A DNA stretch of 63,028 nt, filler included, from Choristocarpus tenellus KU-1152 (lineage: Eukaryota; Protista; Phaeophyceae): the NCBI GenBank assembly GCA_964200185.2. It is 8 parts of 8 records of this genome, joined end to end, with 100 filler letters (N's around TTAATTAATTAA, not from the genome) between each part and the next. Parts side by side here need not be neighbours in the genome. Positions count along the whole stretch, not along the records: positions 60,379 to 63,028 come from CAXNAD020025962.1; 7 more parts are not named here. One strand, written 5' to 3'. The notes under the pieces are model-generated. The model had not been told where the DNA came from, did no database searches, and saw nothing but the letters and a program-made list of their open reading frames with translations. Below, in pieces: positions 61,131 through 63,028 of this stretch. The first letter of the stretch is position 1, and every line of letters starts with the position of its first letter. Position numbers and translations under genes: made by a program.

Positions 61131-62997
61131 ATGATGTCATAAAACTCTTCCAGATCGAAGTCCCCTAATGCTGCCCGGAACAGCGTCATCACTGATACCC
61201 AATAGTTCTTGTAGTTCTCCAAAGAGGTGTCTTTAAAGTAGAAGCAGCACACACAAGGCAAATGACATAGGTCAACACATGCACCACATGGGTCAGAGCG
61301 TAAGATAAAGGAGGGTACCCAAGTCCAACTTATTGTAAGAGTCATGCATGCACAATGGAAGAAACCCTTTCTACTTTGCCTCCTTTCAAACACTCCACCA
61401 TGTCCACAAGGAGAAGCCAGGAAAGGACCCATAATGTAATATGGGACCAATATGAATTTCTTTATAGCTTGTACTTGTATGGGGGTGTTCAACCCAGTCA
61501 GATATATAGCTCTAACAACACCGCAAGGACACAGTTGGACAGTGTGGGGGAAGGTGGGGAGGGATACAGGTGGAGTGGGGGCAACACAGCCTTCCACAAA
61601 AACTTTACACTGTCAGTCCTAGAGGGTCACTAAATAGACTGGATTCTATGTGCACACTGCGTCAATTCCATTCTTGTATTTGTTGCAGGAGGAAAAGGCA
61701 CAGAATGTAAGACACGCCATGGTTCTAGGTTGCACACAAATAAAAGGACGTTCCGAGGTTATACTCTAGAGTATAATACAACACTGTGGGAAATCGGCAA
61801 GAAAATCGGCAACACAGCACACACACGAAAAAACATTTGCAAAGAAAGTTCTTTGGAGTGTGACGGGAAGTGGAATGGCGAAGGCAATATTTGTAACATT
61901 TTCTCTATGAAGATAGGCACAAGTAGGAAAAGCAGCAAGCGACATTCCCTAAATGCAAGGGACGTAAACCTACTTCTAGATATATATACTCACAGGCTCT
62001 AGTCTCTAGTCTATCATATGTTGTAAAGCGAAATTTTCTAGGAGAGTTGCACATGATACATGTTATTCGAGCGAGTGAAGTAAACGAACAGTGAACGAGA
62101 ACTGTGCGTAATTGTCAAAAGACATTCGTCTCCAAAGTTGACGAAGAAATAAGCATTCCCAATCCCCTCTTTCCCCTTCCCTCTACCACACACTAATCTT
62201 TCTCAATCGCCACACACACAATACATACAGCCACTCAACACTAACAGACACACTCCCTCTCGTTCACAGACACAAACGAACATATATTTGCACACAAGAA
62301 TGCAGTCCGATGAATATGCTCACCATGTTCCCCCCACACCCTAGCATGGTTGCGATCACTGAAAAGGGCAAAAAAGGCCTTCCATAATATTGGAGGTATG
62401 TTACAAAAAACGAAAAAATATACAGCAGTGGCGGAAGGGAGGTATGGGCGGGGGTGTACCAGGGGTCAGGATAAGTATGGTACTGAAGTACTGATTTCAA
62501 TCACGAAGTCTTCATTATGCACTCCTCGAACACGGGAGGGAAAAAGGATTGCTTGTGCTGATGTCCACTGCACGGTACATCCCCCACTATCTACAGCTAC
62601 AAGAAACATTGTCTCCCATTGAGCTGGTCAAGGTGAGGTAAGTGATTGAGCTGGCGGATAGTAAAGAAGGAAATGGATGGCATACATCTAATAAAGGACT
62701 GGTTGATTAGTGTTGAGGTAGACACAGATAATCTCAAGGTATGTACCAATGGACAAAAAGATCAGCAACAAAAAATGCACTGTCTAAGAAATAAACCACC
62801 TGTTCCTCCAACCCGTGGGAACTGTCCGTGGAAATGCAAAAACACACCCTACAGAGATATCATAAAGTGGCGCCAATAGATATCACAAAAAAAAACACTT
62901 AATTACTGCATGCACGACTCACCACGGCAAACCCAAGCATGATCACAATGAGGATTAAGCTGAATCGAAACAACTCTGTCAGCATGGTAAAAATAAC
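61131..62997 (-). CDS. TRP/polycystin-type cation channel, S5 and pore-helix exons (partial)
   Basis: Exons 62997-62923, 62378-62324 and 61230-61131 splice in frame to VIFTMLTELFRFSLILIVIMLGFAVAFFALFSDRNHARVWGEHDTSLENYKNYWVSVMTLFRAALGDFDLEEFYDI. GFAxAFxxLF followed by SxxTLFRxxLGDFD is the TRP/PKD S5-pore pattern. Confidence 0.85.
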
Positions 62998-63028
62998 CTG
63001 CATATAGTGGGGCGGGGTGAAGGGGGGG

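Overview
This is intron-rich eukaryotic nuclear DNA, not a prokaryotic locus. It consists of eight contig fragments joined by seven artificial 100-nt spacers (N44-TTAATTAATTAA-N44), so neighbourhoods across spacers mean nothing. Dense GT-AG introns, scattered (CCCTAA)n tracts and a Cys-rich secreted repeat protein suggest a stramenopile, most likely a brown alga (inference). Genes reconstructed by hand-splicing: (1) a complete two-exon bactofilin (8888-9815, -) whose N-terminus MFSRK resembles the bacterial membrane-targeting peptide; (2) the 3' part of gatA/QRSL1 (28386-35439, +); (3) a complete 7-exon, 408-aa secreted protein with four Cys-rich modules, a Ser/Thr/Pro stalk and a GPI-like tail (37738-40068, +); (4) the 3' part of METTL5 (51344-52912, -); (5) S5-pore exons of a TRP/polycystin-type channel (61131-62997, -); (6) a multi-exon unknown gene (53401-58475, -). 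The ORF track misses a decayed, intron-less, AT-rich bacterial fragment carrying a Rickettsia-like ispB pseudogene and an adjacent ORF (~19380-20825, -). It sits inside one unit of a ~2.75-kb tandem triplication of an unknown decayed gene. Repeats include two MITE families that share a terminal AAAGTATC core and 4-bp target duplications, a third hairpin-bearing dispersed repeat, a mariner transposase relic, and telomere-repeat-based minisatellites. All family assignments come from motif recognition by eye; no searches were run.
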